Source of the DNA: Alphaproteobacteria bacterium
GTDB taxonomy: Bacteria; Pseudomonadota; Alphaproteobacteria; UBA1280; UBA6503
Direction: 5' to 3'
NCBI GenBank assembly: GCA_021774615.1
Contig: JAJFIW010000015.1
Location: forward strand, 490 to 64,489
Length of the DNA stretch: 64,000 bases
Shown piece by piece: positions 9,235 to 19,734 of this stretch (the first letter of the stretch is position 1; each line of letters begins with the position of its first letter). The position numbers and the translations under genes were made by a program. The notes beneath the pieces were generated by a model. That model had not been told where the DNA came from, did not search any database, and worked only from the letters and a program-made list of their open reading frames with translations.

Positions 9235-11040
9235 TTACTGGCAAGACAAACATTCATCGTATTTATCACTCTCATTGGCAGTCTGTGCAATCGCCGTTGT
9301 CGGCTTCCCGTTCTTTGGGAGCGGCACCACAACCTCCGAGCGCTGCATAGAGCGACTACGGCAGTAGTATAAGCTTTTTATACCTTTTTTCCATGCTATG
9401 TAATGTAGCATATGTAAATCTTTCTTGTGGATGTCACCCGGCAAGAATAAATTTACCGACTGTGACTGGTCCACAAATGGTGTGCGGTCGGCAGCGTGCT
9501 CGACAACGTAGCGTTGGTCAACCTCAAAAGCTGTACGGAATACTTCTTTTTCTTCGTCAGTTAAGCACTCCAGATGCTGTACTGAGCCTGCTGTAGTTAC
9601 AATAGATGTCCAAACTTCATCTGTATTTTCACCGCGTTCTTCGAGTAGTTTTTCTAGGTATTGGTTACGTACAGTAAACGAGCCAGATAAAGTCTTTTGG
9701 GTAAATGCGTTTGCCGCTAAGGGTTCTATCCCCGGGCTTGCGCCACCACAAATAATAGAGATTGATGCCGTAGGCGCAACCGCTGTTTTATTAGAGAAAC
9801 GTTCCATAATCAAACATTCAGCAGCATCAGGACAAGGGCCTTTTTCTTTAGCTAGTTTAACAGATGCTTCAGACGCTTTACGGTCAATGTATTCGAACAT
9901 TTTCTTGTTCCATACTTTTGCCATTACCGAGTCAAAAGGAATCATCTTTTCTTGCAAGAAGCTATGGAAGCCCATTGCACCTAAACCAACACTACGTTCG
10001 CGGATTGCGGCATAGCGTGCTTTAGCCATGCTGTCGGGCGAGCGTTGGATGAAATCTTCCAACACATTATCTAAAAAGCGCATAATATCTTCGATAAAGC
10101 ATAAGTCTGTTGACCATTCCTCGAATTTTTCGAGGTTAACAGAGCTTAAACAACAAACGGCTGTTCGTTCTTCACCACGGTGGTCTTTACCAGTTGGTAA
10201 TGTAATCTCCGAACACAAGTTACTCATTTTAACTTTTAGCCCAAGCTTTTTATGTGCTTCAGGGATTGCTCTGTTAACAGCATCTTCAAACAAAAGGTAA
10301 GGTTCGCCAGTTTCGATGCGAGTAGTTAAAATACGTACCCACAAGCCACGTGCAGATATAGTACGCACATGCTCACCAGTGTGTGGGCTTACTAAGTCCC
10401 AGTCTGCGTCGTCTTCGACGGCTTTCATGAAAGCGTCAGAAATAACAATACCGTTGTGCAGGTTAAGTGCCTTACGGTTAGGATCACCGCCCGAAGGACG
10501 ACGCAAATCTAAAAATTCTTCAATTTCGGGGTGGCTAACTTGCAAGTAAACAGCAGCACTTCCTCGGCGCAGTGAACCTTGAGAAATTGCCAAAGTTAAA
10601 GCATCCATAACTTTAATAAAGGGGATAATACCACTAGTTTTACCAACACGGCCAACTTGCTCGCCAATAGAGCGCAAGTTACCCCAGTAGCTACCAATCC
10701 CGCCACCACGAGCAGCAAGCCATACGTTTTCAGTCCAGATATTAACAATCCCGTCTAGAGAGTCCCCAGCTTCGTTCAAGAAGCAAGAAATTGGTAGGCC
10801 ACGCTCGGTTCCACCATTCGACAACACTGGTGTTGAAGGCATAAACCATAAATTAGAAATGTAGTCGTAAAGACGTTGCGCATGGGCTTGGTTGTCAGCA
10901 TAGGCTGATGCTACGCGCGCAAACATATCTTGGAAATTTTCGCCTGGCATTAAATAGCGGTCTGTGAGGGTTTCTTTACCAAAAGCAGTTAATTTTTCAT
11001 CACGTGAAGTATTGGTGCGAATTTTAAATTGCTGCTTCAT
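9235..11040 (-). CDS. nrdA: Class Ia ribonucleotide reductase large (alpha/R1) subunit
   Basis: Active-site segment SNLCSEITLP. C-terminal redox tail ...CLSCQ. Preferred start is MKQQFKIRTN at 11040, which has GAGG 11 nt upstream. The ORF track extends a further 20 codons to 11100. Confidence 0.9.
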   Translation of the reverse strand: MKQQFKIRTNTSRDEKLTAFGKETLTDRYLMPGENFQDMFARVASAYADNQAHAQRLYDYISNLWFMPSTPVLSNGGTERGLPISCFLNEAGDSLDGIVNIWTENVWLAARGGGIGSYWGNLRSIGEQVGRVGKTSGIIPFIKVMDALTLAISQGSLRRGSAAVYLQVSHPEIEEFLDLRRPSGGDPNRKALNLHNGIVISDAFMKAVEDDADWDLVSPHTGEHVRTISARGLWVRILTTRIETGEPYLLFEDAVNRAIPEAHKKLGLKVKMSNLCSEITLPTGKDHRGEERTAVCCLSSVNLEKFEEWSTDLCFIEDIMRFLDNVLEDFIQRSPDSMAKARYAAIRERSVGLGAMGFHSFLQEKMIPFDSVMAKVWNKKMFEYIDRKASEASVKLAKEKGPCPDAAECLIMERFSNKTAVAPTASISIICGGASPGIEPLAANAFTQKTLSGSFTVRNQYLEKLLEERGENTDEVWTSIVTTAGSVQHLECLTDEEKEVFRTAFEVDQRYVVEHAADRTPFVDQSQSVNLFLPGDIHKKDLHMLHYIAWKKGIKSLYYCRSRSMQRSEVVVPLPKNGKPTTAIAQTANESDKYDECLSCQ

Positions 11041-11515
11041 GTTTTCTATACCTCTTTTTTTTCTTAAAATTAAGTTTATTATTATCGCCGCTATAGGCAT
11101 CTAAATCTATTTAATGCGCACTATTTAAAACCCTAGTTAAAACATATATAGGTAGTTTCTTTTATCTTTTAGGGAGTCATAACACAACATCTTGTGTGTA
11201 CATCGTTATAAATAATAGCCTGTTTATAACCAGCCTGTCCACCTACATTTTGGGTGTCATTTACACCCTACCACTACATATAGTATGTAGATAGGTATCA
11301 AAAATCATACAATCAAATACTTAGGCAGCAAAAAAAAATGCTTTTGGCTATATCTAGTGGATAAGTAAAAAAATAAACAACTGACAACTTGACGCAAAAC
11401 TAAAGGAAAAAAAATATGGAACTGTCAGTTATCATTTTTACTTGGGCAAGAGCCATGCCACAGCAATTAAAATTGTGTACAATTTTTACCGCAATAAGTA
11501 GTATTACCTAACACC

Positions 11516-12016
11516 ATGCAACTAATAGGTAACACTTATACTATGAACAACCAACTACAGCTATTTAGCTCTAATGCACAACCACCACGCTGGATAATGT
11601 TTAGCCTTAAACCCCAGTATTTCAAGCAAGTATGCACTGGAACTAAGAAAATAGAGTACCGCCGCGGAGTATTCACCCGTGAACCAGTATTTGCATTTGT
11701 TTATTGTAGTTCGCCAGTAATGGCAGTGGGTGCTGTGGTTAAACTTGGTAAGCCAATTATTGGCACACGTGAAGAAATAGCCCAAATAAAAGAAGCCGAT
11801 TCGAAAAACTCTTACGCCGAAATGCTAACATGGCTAGAGGGCGCAACTAAAGCATCAGCCATCCCGATAGAAAGCGTACAAACATTTGAGCCAATTAAAT
11901 TACAAGAACTACGCAATAATTTTACTAACTTCCACCCCCCACAGCGCTATATGTACTTAGATACCAACCCCGAGCTTCTACAGTTTTTAAAGCAACGGAG
12001 TAATATTAATTTTTAA
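11516..12016 (+). CDS. ASCH (PUA-like) domain protein
   Basis: ASCH signature IMFSLKPQYFKQVCTGTKKIEYRR near the N-terminus (hh-IKP-y---I--G-K--E-RR). Confidence 0.45.
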   Translation: MQLIGNTYTMNNQLQLFSSNAQPPRWIMFSLKPQYFKQVCTGTKKIEYRRGVFTREPVFAFVYCSSPVMAVGAVVKLGKPIIGTREEIAQIKEADSKNSYAEMLTWLEGATKASAIPIESVQTFEPIKLQELRNNFTNFHPPQRYMYLDTNPELLQFLKQRSNINF

Positions 12017-12112
12017 TAGCGGCAGAGCTTGAATAGCGGTTACTTAGGCATTATATAGTACTTTGTAATAGATTTATCTTCATTTTTTTTCATTTTTTAA
12101 AAGGCCAATACA

Positions 12113-12454
12113 ATGATATATCATCTACATTTCTTAAACTTAAAAAGAAAAGAAACCCGTGAAAAGAAAGCAAAAAGAGAAGCACTTCGCTCCATTAATT
12201 CTATTGATAAACTAATCGATAAAATAATGAAAGAAGTGAAGAAAAACCATGATGAAGACTATATAGAGCTATCCATAGACGAAAAAGTCTACAAAGCTGT
12301 AAAAGAACCATGGTTCTTCCAATCAACTAGCAAGGAAAGAAATTACTTCCTATCCTTACTGAAAGAAAAAGGGTTCGAACAAGACCAAATAAAAGTCTGC
12401 AAAGCAGACTTTTTTAGTGATGACATAGGATACACGGTTAGAATTGATTTCTAG
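12113..12454 (+). CDS. Hypothetical protein (113 aa, Lys/Glu-rich)
   Basis: ORF followed directly by a strong bidirectional terminator. No motif. Confidence 0.35.
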   Translation: MIYHLHFLNLKRKETREKKAKREALRSINSIDKLIDKIMKEVKKNHDEDYIELSIDEKVYKAVKEPWFFQSTSKERNYFLSLLKEKGFEQDQIKVCKADFFSDDIGYTVRIDF

Positions 12455-12471
12455 CCAAGTTAACGATTTAC

Positions 12472-12499
12472 AAAAAACCCTCACCCGAGGGTTTTTTGC
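12472..12499. terminator. Bidirectional rho-independent terminator (aaaaaccctcacccgagggttttt)
   Basis: GC stem flanked by an A-run and a T-run, lying between convergent genes. Confidence 0.6.
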
Positions 12500-12502
12500 T
12501 TT

Positions 12503-14767
12503 TTAGAATGCTTTTAGTAGGCGTTGGAGGTAGCGTTGTTCGTCGTCGCTGCGGCCGATGTCGTCGGCGCGGTCAAAAAGGGTGTCTCTGATTTTACGCG
12601 ATAAGGTCTCGGGGGCTTTGTCGGGCATTTCGACTTTGTCGCCCGCCATAGAGTGCAATTTGCCCGATGGGTCACGGCGCATACCTGCTAGCCCGCTATA
12701 GCCCATTTGTTGGCGTAACTGTTGCGACACCTGCTGCTGCCCTTGTTGCAATAGTTCAAGTGCCTTATTCTGCATTTGATACACTAAAGACTCTAGCCCT
12801 GCTTGCTTTGAAAGGTGGAATGCACCACCCATGGCACGTGCTGCCTCATCAAAATTTTGGGTATCAAAGCCCATGTCTTTTAATGTTTTAGCTTGTTCGC
12901 CAAGTTTTTCTGCTAGCATTTGTTGCTTCATCCGTTGCTCGGGAGACATCCGCCCTGGGATAGGGTTATTAAAAGACTCTTCGATTAGTTCTTTCTGTTG
13001 TTCTGCAACTTCTGCCATTTTTTTGAATGCTTCTTTGAACTTCTCTAACTCTGGGTTTTCGCCCATCGATACGTGTGCCATTAGGTTTTCTAGCTCTTTA
13101 AGCATTTCTTGGGCTTGTTCGTAAGCACCACTTTGTAGAAGCTCGTTAATTTTCTCCATCATATTTGCTAAATCACTATTTTGTAGCCCTGGCACATCCA
13201 TCATCGCTTCGGTTTGCTCGCCCGAGAAGCTCACTTGGCGTAATAAGTCTTGCATTGCTTGTGATAATTGCTTAAACAAACCATCTAACTTTTCTGGAGA
13301 CGCTCCTTCTGACAGTGCTTTCTGTAGATCTCGCTGGGCATTAAGGAGTCGTTCCATTTGTATTGCTAATGGCCCCTTTTCAATATGCAATGCTGCATCC
13401 CACATTAGCCCCATGCTGCGGTCGACAAAGTCTTGCTGCTGACCTAGCATCGTTTGTTGGGCAAATGTCATAGATAGATACGCCCTGCTATTGCTTTTAA
13501 AATCTTCAGGTTTTCGCATTAATCCTTCTAGCTGTTGGCTAATAGAAACCCATATATCTGGGTTAACAAATAGCTCTCGGCGCAGGCGCACTAGCTCTTT
13601 GGCTACAGGGTGGTAAAAGGGCCGTTCGGGCATTTGCAATTTACGGGGGATAGTAGCTGTTTTTTGTTCGGCCACATCTTCAGCCTGCAAAGAAAAATTA
13701 ACCACCAGACCTGCAAATGGGTCAGAGGTAAAGTCTACAAAGCCACTGTCATCAACGTCTCTATCGCCTTTGCGTGGTAGCACGAACTCTTTACGTACAG
13801 TCCGCCCATCACGTTCTAAAAGTACTTCTACTTTTGCTAGGCCATAATCATCGGTTGCAGTAAAGGGGATATTAAGCATTCCTTCAGGGGTTCTAGTCAA
13901 ATCGGTTCCTAGGGCAATTGTGGGTGGTGTGTCGGCGATAACCGTAATATCGCTAACAAATAATGGGCGGCCTCTGTGGCGCACTTCTAGGGTATTGTTT
14001 TCTTTAACTACAATTTCGGCCTGATAGCTTTTACCTTTAAGAATAAGGCTAGACATCTCAGAAAAAGATATTTTTGGTGCACTGCTTAAAGGTTCTACCA
14101 CATGTACCAAAACTTTTATTGTACTACCATAAGGGGCTTTTATGCTTTCGCCTTTTGCCATAAAGTTTGCTTGTTGTGTATAACTAGGGGGTTGCACCCA
14201 AACATCTACCCCCTGCACCACATGAGAGGATAAGCTTTTATCAGTTGGGATTAATGTTGTTCTAAGGTCGTAAAAATCCTCGCCAAAGTCTGCCCATAGT
14301 GCCAAAACAAGTACTATTAAAAGCGGATAGCGCAACGCCCAATTATCTGCACGGATTTTTTGGGTTTGTACCCTAACAGCCCCTGCTTTTTTTGCGATGC
14401 TAGATGCTTGGTGCTGGGCTTTTTCCCATAAAATAGCGGTTTCTGTATCTAGCTCTTGTGCAGGGTTGTCGGCAACTAAAGTAACAGGGCGATGCTCGAG
14501 GCGTTGGCGGCGTTCGATAATAGTGCGCCCCTCTTGGACGCTTGGATACGCTGGCCAATGACGAAAAGACTGAACAATTGCTGCTAAAATTGCAATACCA
14601 GATAAACCTAGCAATAAAATATGCAAACCAAAAGGAATCGGTTGCCATACCCCCCAAGCAGCGGTTGCTAATAAACCTGAAATAAATATAAAGGGCACGA
14701 CAAGCGCCGCCCATAGGCGTTCAATAAAAACAACAAAACGTGCTATTTCTATAAAAAAACTAAGCAA
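12503..14767 (-). CDS. Conserved alphaproteobacterial membrane-anchored protein with N-terminal TM helices and a Gln/Glu-rich coiled-coil C-terminus (DUF4175/TIGR02302-like)
   Basis: Two or three N-terminal TM segments. A long low-complexity helical region (QQQDF..., QQGQQQVSQQLRQQ). The overall architecture recalls the alphaproteobacteria-specific TIGR02302 family. The assignment is from memory. Confidence 0.45.
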   Translation of the reverse strand: MLSFFIEIARFVVFIERLWAALVVPFIFISGLLATAAWGVWQPIPFGLHILLLGLSGIAILAAIVQSFRHWPAYPSVQEGRTIIERRQRLEHRPVTLVADNPAQELDTETAILWEKAQHQASSIAKKAGAVRVQTQKIRADNWALRYPLLIVLVLALWADFGEDFYDLRTTLIPTDKSLSSHVVQGVDVWVQPPSYTQQANFMAKGESIKAPYGSTIKVLVHVVEPLSSAPKISFSEMSSLILKGKSYQAEIVVKENNTLEVRHRGRPLFVSDITVIADTPPTIALGTDLTRTPEGMLNIPFTATDDYGLAKVEVLLERDGRTVRKEFVLPRKGDRDVDDSGFVDFTSDPFAGLVVNFSLQAEDVAEQKTATIPRKLQMPERPFYHPVAKELVRLRRELFVNPDIWVSISQQLEGLMRKPEDFKSNSRAYLSMTFAQQTMLGQQQDFVDRSMGLMWDAALHIEKGPLAIQMERLLNAQRDLQKALSEGASPEKLDGLFKQLSQAMQDLLRQVSFSGEQTEAMMDVPGLQNSDLANMMEKINELLQSGAYEQAQEMLKELENLMAHVSMGENPELEKFKEAFKKMAEVAEQQKELIEESFNNPIPGRMSPEQRMKQQMLAEKLGEQAKTLKDMGFDTQNFDEAARAMGGAFHLSKQAGLESLVYQMQNKALELLQQGQQQVSQQLRQQMGYSGLAGMRRDPSGKLHSMAGDKVEMPDKAPETLSRKIRDTLFDRADDIGRSDDEQRYLQRLLKAF

Positions 14768-14971
14768 TGTATCGCCCTATACTAAAACTGTTGTGTATCT
14801 TGCACGCGGTCTTCAGGCACTTTTAGTGGCGCTGTTTGCCCACATCCTGCTACACTTATGGCAGTAACCAAAAGTAAGGTTAGGAACGAAATCTTAATAA
14901 ATGGTTGGTATTTTATATTTTTCATCATCATATGATGATACATGAACTACGGTTAAAAGGGCGAGCAAACT

Positions 14972-15577
14972 GTGCGAGTAAATTGGTTTTTATTATTTAG
15001 TGTTATTTTTCTGTCACTGTTATTAACGGTGGATGCATCAGCGCAGCGCTTTAAGGGTGAACCTTTCCAAAAACTAATCCGCACTTTAGATGCCCCGTTA
15101 ACCGCATGGCAAGATGAAAATGGCTACAATAAAAGCTTACCAAACTATAATGGCGAGGTTGTTCTAGTAAATTTTTGGGCAACATGGTGTGGGCCATGCG
15201 TTATCGAAATGCCCGACCTCGACCGCCTGCAAAAAAAGTATGCTAAAGCAGGGTTAAAGGTAGTAGCTATATCGATAGACGAAGAAGGGCCTGTAAAAGT
15301 TAAAGAGTTTTATAAAAAAAATAAACTAAAACACCTCGAAATTTTTAACGACTATGACGGCTCGTCTGCCAAGGCGTTTAACGTTAGAAGCCTGCCAACT
15401 TCTTTTCTTATTGGGCGGGACGGGAAAGTAATCGGCATGGTTAATGGTTTTGCTAAGTGGGACACCCCCGCAAATGAGCTTATAATTCGTAATGCTTTAA
15501 GACAAAACTTCAAGAAGGATGATACCCCTTTTGACTTGCCCCCAAGCTTTAATCGCCAAGTTAACGAGCTTCGTTAG
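14972..15577 (+). CDS. Periplasmic thiol:disulfide oxidoreductase, TlpA/ResA/CcmG-like thioredoxin fold
   Basis: Signal peptide followed by the WATWCGPC (CxxC) thioredoxin active site. Confidence 0.75.
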   Translation: MRVNWFLLFSVIFLSLLLTVDASAQRFKGEPFQKLIRTLDAPLTAWQDENGYNKSLPNYNGEVVLVNFWATWCGPCVIEMPDLDRLQKKYAKAGLKVVAISIDEEGPVKVKEFYKKNKLKHLEIFNDYDGSSAKAFNVRSLPTSFLIGRDGKVIGMVNGFAKWDTPANELIIRNALRQNFKKDDTPFDLPPSFNRQVNELR

Positions 15578-15579
15578 CC

Positions 15580-17478
15580 TTAGTATCTAGGAACGTACGA
15601 AGCACTCTTATAAGTATAAGCAGCATGGGCATAGCGGTGCAGTGGCACAAGCCCTTCACCTGTTACTTGGTATAGATACGAATAGTCTTCCCGTAGGTTT
15701 TCGCCCAGAACTGCTGCAATATCTGGAGTTACAGTGTGTACCCACAGGTATTTGTATTTATCGGCTAAAAGTTTATCATGGAAGGTATCAAAGCTGCCTC
15801 TGGAGTCGGCAAACTCTTGCAATACAGGGCGAACGTGGCCGTAATGGCGCAAACCATAGCCCAAAGCTACTGCATAGTAGCCTTTGGTGTCAACCCCATC
15901 TAGAACAGCTATTTTCTGCCCCCAGCTCACAACTTCTCCGGCCTTGATCGACTGGGCTACTCGCAAAGTATGGTCGAGCGATGCTGGTGCCTCAAATTTA
16001 AGGCGTTGCCCGTTGGTAATAATCACCCCTAAAAATAACAAAGCCGATACCAATGACAACATCCCAGAAGCTGATTTTTCTTGTTGAGGAAAGGTAGTTT
16101 TATATACTTTAAACATCCACACCCAGATTGGTATCAGCACTACAAATTGTAAATGTAGCGCATAATGGATAATCCCTTGCGAAAATGGTACCTCGCCACT
16201 TGCAAATTGGCTTAAATAAGAGCCACCAATAGCAAACAAATAAATAACACTTAAAAATGCAGGGAATACAACATAGCCATCTTCAACAAAAATATGCCCA
16301 ATACTACGCCCTTTACGTGCTACCACAAAATGCCAAGCGCCCATAACCATAACAAGGAGCAAAACTGCTATAATTACAGGTTGGCTAACCCCCAAAGCAA
16401 AAAATTCACGACCCATTGCTGCTGCTACCAAGAATACTCCATCACTACCAAAAACATCTTCTACCCGTAGCGACAGCCCTCTGGTTGCCATATGAAACCG
16501 CAGCAACATAAAGCCTACTACAAGCATTAATGCCGCAAAACATAGCCCCAGGAAAACATTAACTGAAGTATCTTTATATAATTTACGTTCGAACCCAACC
16601 CGCAAGCAAACCATGCTAAGCATAAAAATAGCAAGTGGCATACCAAGCGGTGACAGCCCCGACAAATATGCTAATAAAAAACCATACGGGATAGCCTCCA
16701 TACCAATGGGGAACCTCTCGCTACGCATTAATGGCACTGACAAAGAAAGTATAATTGCAGCTATTATAACGTCAGGGTATGACGAGAAAACCAAGCTCTC
16801 GATAAAAAATGGGTTAAACAATGTTAAACCAAACAGTGCTAATGACGACACAAAAACTAAGTTATGCCACCCGACCTTAACCCCACAGTGCCGCACCATC
16901 TCGCCAGCTGCAATTACTATGATAATACAGTTAAAGAGTGTTTCGACTGCGGGCTGGAAGGTTTTTGTCATTAACATTACGGGCAAGCTCATAATTTGGC
17001 TTGCCACATGTATGCCTGGGCTAAAAATGTCTAGCTCGATGGCATTTTTAACATTTGGTACACCATCTAGGCGCAACATATGGTCTACATTTTTTAAATA
17101 GTAGCTTAACTCTGCCCACAACACAGGGCCATCTGTTGTAAGGTAACCAAGTGCAGGCGAAATAAGCAAAACCCCAATAATAATTTTTGGCCAAAAGAAA
17201 ACATGCTCTTTCTCGAATTTTAATACTTTAGTTAATACAACGCCTAACCCTAGCGCACTAATAAGGTAGGTATACCAAACCACAGTTAAACCAGCACCAA
17301 CAACACCATGCAATAATAAAAACCATAGATACCAAACAGACAGCCCTACAGCAAAACAATGCAACGGGGTGCTATCTCGACCTGAAGTCCCGGTATGTGT
17401 AAGAACCATGCGCCCAACTGCCATATAAACGGCACTAGTAACCAGAACAAGAATAATAATAAGTAGATGTGCTATCAT
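15580..17478 (-). CDS. Large polytopic membrane protein (about 13 TM plus a C-terminal soluble domain), possible GT-C-type glycosyltransferase
   Basis: Hydrophobicity pattern only. No catalytic motif was confidently identified. Confidence 0.4.
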   Translation of the reverse strand: MIAHLLIIILVLVTSAVYMAVGRMVLTHTGTSGRDSTPLHCFAVGLSVWYLWFLLLHGVVGAGLTVVWYTYLISALGLGVVLTKVLKFEKEHVFFWPKIIIGVLLISPALGYLTTDGPVLWAELSYYLKNVDHMLRLDGVPNVKNAIELDIFSPGIHVASQIMSLPVMLMTKTFQPAVETLFNCIIIVIAAGEMVRHCGVKVGWHNLVFVSSLALFGLTLFNPFFIESLVFSSYPDVIIAAIILSLSVPLMRSERFPIGMEAIPYGFLLAYLSGLSPLGMPLAIFMLSMVCLRVGFERKLYKDTSVNVFLGLCFAALMLVVGFMLLRFHMATRGLSLRVEDVFGSDGVFLVAAAMGREFFALGVSQPVIIAVLLLVMVMGAWHFVVARKGRSIGHIFVEDGYVVFPAFLSVIYLFAIGGSYLSQFASGEVPFSQGIIHYALHLQFVVLIPIWVWMFKVYKTTFPQQEKSASGMLSLVSALLFLGVIITNGQRLKFEAPASLDHTLRVAQSIKAGEVVSWGQKIAVLDGVDTKGYYAVALGYGLRHYGHVRPVLQEFADSRGSFDTFHDKLLADKYKYLWVHTVTPDIAAVLGENLREDYSYLYQVTGEGLVPLHRYAHAAYTYKSASYVPRY

Positions 17479-17485
17479 AATCTAA

Positions 17486-18361
17486 CTATTTAGTTGGCTT
17501 AGGTGTTTTGTGGTTATAATCGTAAAAGCCTTTACCAGTTTTGCGGCCTAACCAGCCAGCATCTACATATTTAACTAGTAATGGGCATGGGCGGTATTTA
17601 GAGTCTCCAAGTTCGTTATGCAATACACGCATAATCGCCAAGCAAGTATCTAAACCAATAAAGTCTGCCAAAGTTAGAGGCCCCATTGGGTGTGCTACTG
17701 CAAGTGTCATGGCAGTGTCTATAGACTTTACGTCTGCTACCCCATCTTGTAGAGCAAAAATAGCCTCGTTAAGCATTGGCATTAGAAGGCGGTTAACAAT
17801 AAAACCAGGCACATCTTCCGAGACAGCAGTAGTTTTACCCATTTTTTCGGCCATAGAGACAACATCTTTAAAGGTTGCTTCATCAGTTGCAATGCCTTTA
17901 ATGATCTCGACCATTTTCATAATTGGCACAGGGTTCATGAAGTGCATGCCAATGAATTTTTCAGGACGCTTAGTATATGATGCTAAACGAGTAATCGAAA
18001 TAGATGACGTATTAGAAGCAATAATTGCATCTTCTTTTAATAAGCTATCTAACTCTACAAAGATTGTCTTTTTAATAGCTTCATTTTCGGTTGCAGCCTC
18101 AATAACAATATCGCTATCGCTTAGGTCAGTAATTTTATCGGTTGCTTTAATACGCGCTAAAATACCACCAACTTCGTTGTCAGATATTTTGCCTTTTTCT
18201 GCTTGGCGTTTAAGATTCTTCTCGATAGTAGCTATGCCTTTTTCAAGAGAAGTGGGTTGTGCATCCATCATCACAACGTCGTAACCACTTTGTGCTGCAA
18301 CATGGGCAATACCGTTACCCATTTGCCCTGCACCAATAACACCAACCTTACGTATTTCCAT
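17486..18361 (-). CDS. hbd: 3-hydroxyacyl-CoA / 3-hydroxybutyryl-CoA dehydrogenase
   Basis: N-terminal Rossmann motif [17 protein letters not shown] 3HCDH N-terminal domain followed by the C-terminal domain. About 290 aa. Confidence 0.85.
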   Translation of the reverse strand: MEIRKVGVIGAGQMGNGIAHVAAQSGYDVVMMDAQPTSLEKGIATIEKNLKRQAEKGKISDNEVGGILARIKATDKITDLSDSDIVIEAATENEAIKKTIFVELDSLLKEDAIIASNTSSISITRLASYTKRPEKFIGMHFMNPVPIMKMVEIIKGIATDEATFKDVVSMAEKMGKTTAVSEDVPGFIVNRLLMPMLNEAIFALQDGVADVKSIDTAMTLAVAHPMGPLTLADFIGLDTCLAIMRVLHNELGDSKYRPCPLLVKYVDAGWLGRKTGKGFYDYNHKTPKPTK

Positions 18362-18892
18362 CGTTTTACCCCGACATGTTTTTACTGAAATAACTTAGCC
18401 AAGAGGTTACACTATTTTTGCCACGTTACGCACGAATAAAAAGTAAATACCTCCTAAAATACATACAAATAGCCCGTGTCAGTTTTTTTCTGCTAATTTT
18501 TTTTGTATACACATATAAGATAATGCGAGCTTGAGAATACAACAAAGCAAGCAGTAAAACGGGTAATAAGTTTAAAAGCTTGATGGATAGAAAGGGTACG
18601 CCACAAAACAGTATGCTTAAAGGTTTTTTTGGTGGATCCCAACCCGATGAATACACCTCCACCAACACCCCTAAAAGCCTGTTTAATACAACCAATACAG
18701 CTGATTTACGTTTACGTAGTCTAGCGCATGAGCTTTTTCTTCTGGCTCACGAGTTATTTCGTGTCTTGAAGAACAAGTTTATGGCATAAAAAAATTGTAT
18801 TAAAGTTTATTAAGTTACTCTTTGGGCGTCCGATAATAATAATAATGCTTTTGTCCGTCTAGGACAGATCTTTGCCCTGAGGTCTGTATTAA

Positions 18893-18927
18893 TAACGCCG
18901 ATCGGTTCACCCCCCGATCGGCGTTTT
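18893..18927 (+). terminator. Rho-independent terminator (aacgccgatcgg-ttcacccc-ccgatcggcgtt-ttt)
   Basis: 12-bp perfect stem followed by a T-run, just upstream of the nuclease cassette. Confidence 0.5.
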
Positions 18928-19025
18928 TACTTTGTATCTATCCTGTAAATAAGTTAGCATGCGCAATATATTAGATGTAATTTATCTTTCTTTTATTTTC
19001 TTTTCCTCTTTTATGAGGCTCCACT

Positions 19026-19709
19026 ATGACTAAATTACCAAAAAAAAGCCCAGCTTTGGCTGGCTTTCTAGGTGAAGAATTACATAAAGCTTTTAAGCTT
19101 TATTTTTATAACAAACGAACTAGGGTACACCAAAAAGACCCTTTTAAACCTATCCACAAACAGCTAGACACAGCTTTATGCAAACAGCGTAAAAGTACTG
19201 ATATGGCAAGGAAAAACACTATCATATTTGAAGGCTGGACCCAAGATGATCTACGAAAGTGGATTATTGGTTGTGTAAAATGTTTTATAGACTTTTTTGA
19301 AGCTGAAGACGTTACATGGTTTAGAGAAGAATGGTCGTTAAGTACAATCTATATTACGCCAGAAGGTAAGCACATTAAACACCTTGGCGAGCCTGATATA
19401 GTTTTTTACTCGCAGCGACGTAAATCTTACCTAATCCTAGACTTTAAAACTGCCAATAATATTACTGCTTATTTCCAAAAAGACAAAATGCGACTAACCG
19501 AAAAGCTACTGGCTTATGCATTTGGTGCTCGGCAGAAAATATATGCAACTAAAAGGCTGCATATGCATGCAATAACTATTGGATATGTCGTATTTATTCG
19601 TAAGAAAGTAGTTTCTGGAGAAATGCCAGAAATGCATATTTTCGAAGAATTCGTATCCAAACGTCGTCTTAATCGATGGCGTAAAAACCATGTTAAGCAA
19701 TACACTTAA
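19026..19709 (+). CDS. PD-(D/E)XK superfamily nuclease (RecB/Cas4-like fold, no Cys cluster)
   Basis: Motif II/III context GEPDIVFYSQRRKSYLILDFKTANN (PD ... D-x-K). Clean ATG with an upstream GAGG. Confidence 0.55.
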   Translation: MTKLPKKSPALAGFLGEELHKAFKLYFYNKRTRVHQKDPFKPIHKQLDTALCKQRKSTDMARKNTIIFEGWTQDDLRKWIIGCVKCFIDFFEAEDVTWFREEWSLSTIYITPEGKHIKHLGEPDIVFYSQRRKSYLILDFKTANNITAYFQKDKMRLTEKLLAYAFGARQKIYATKRLHMHAITIGYVVFIRKKVVSGEMPEMHIFEEFVSKRRLNRWRKNHVKQYT

Positions 19710-19734
19710 TCTTTCTCTTTTTTAGGAGATTTTT

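Noticed and set aside
17541-18284. 247-aa plus-strand ORF antisense to hbd
   Set aside because: Shadow ORF, Ser-rich, with no start context.
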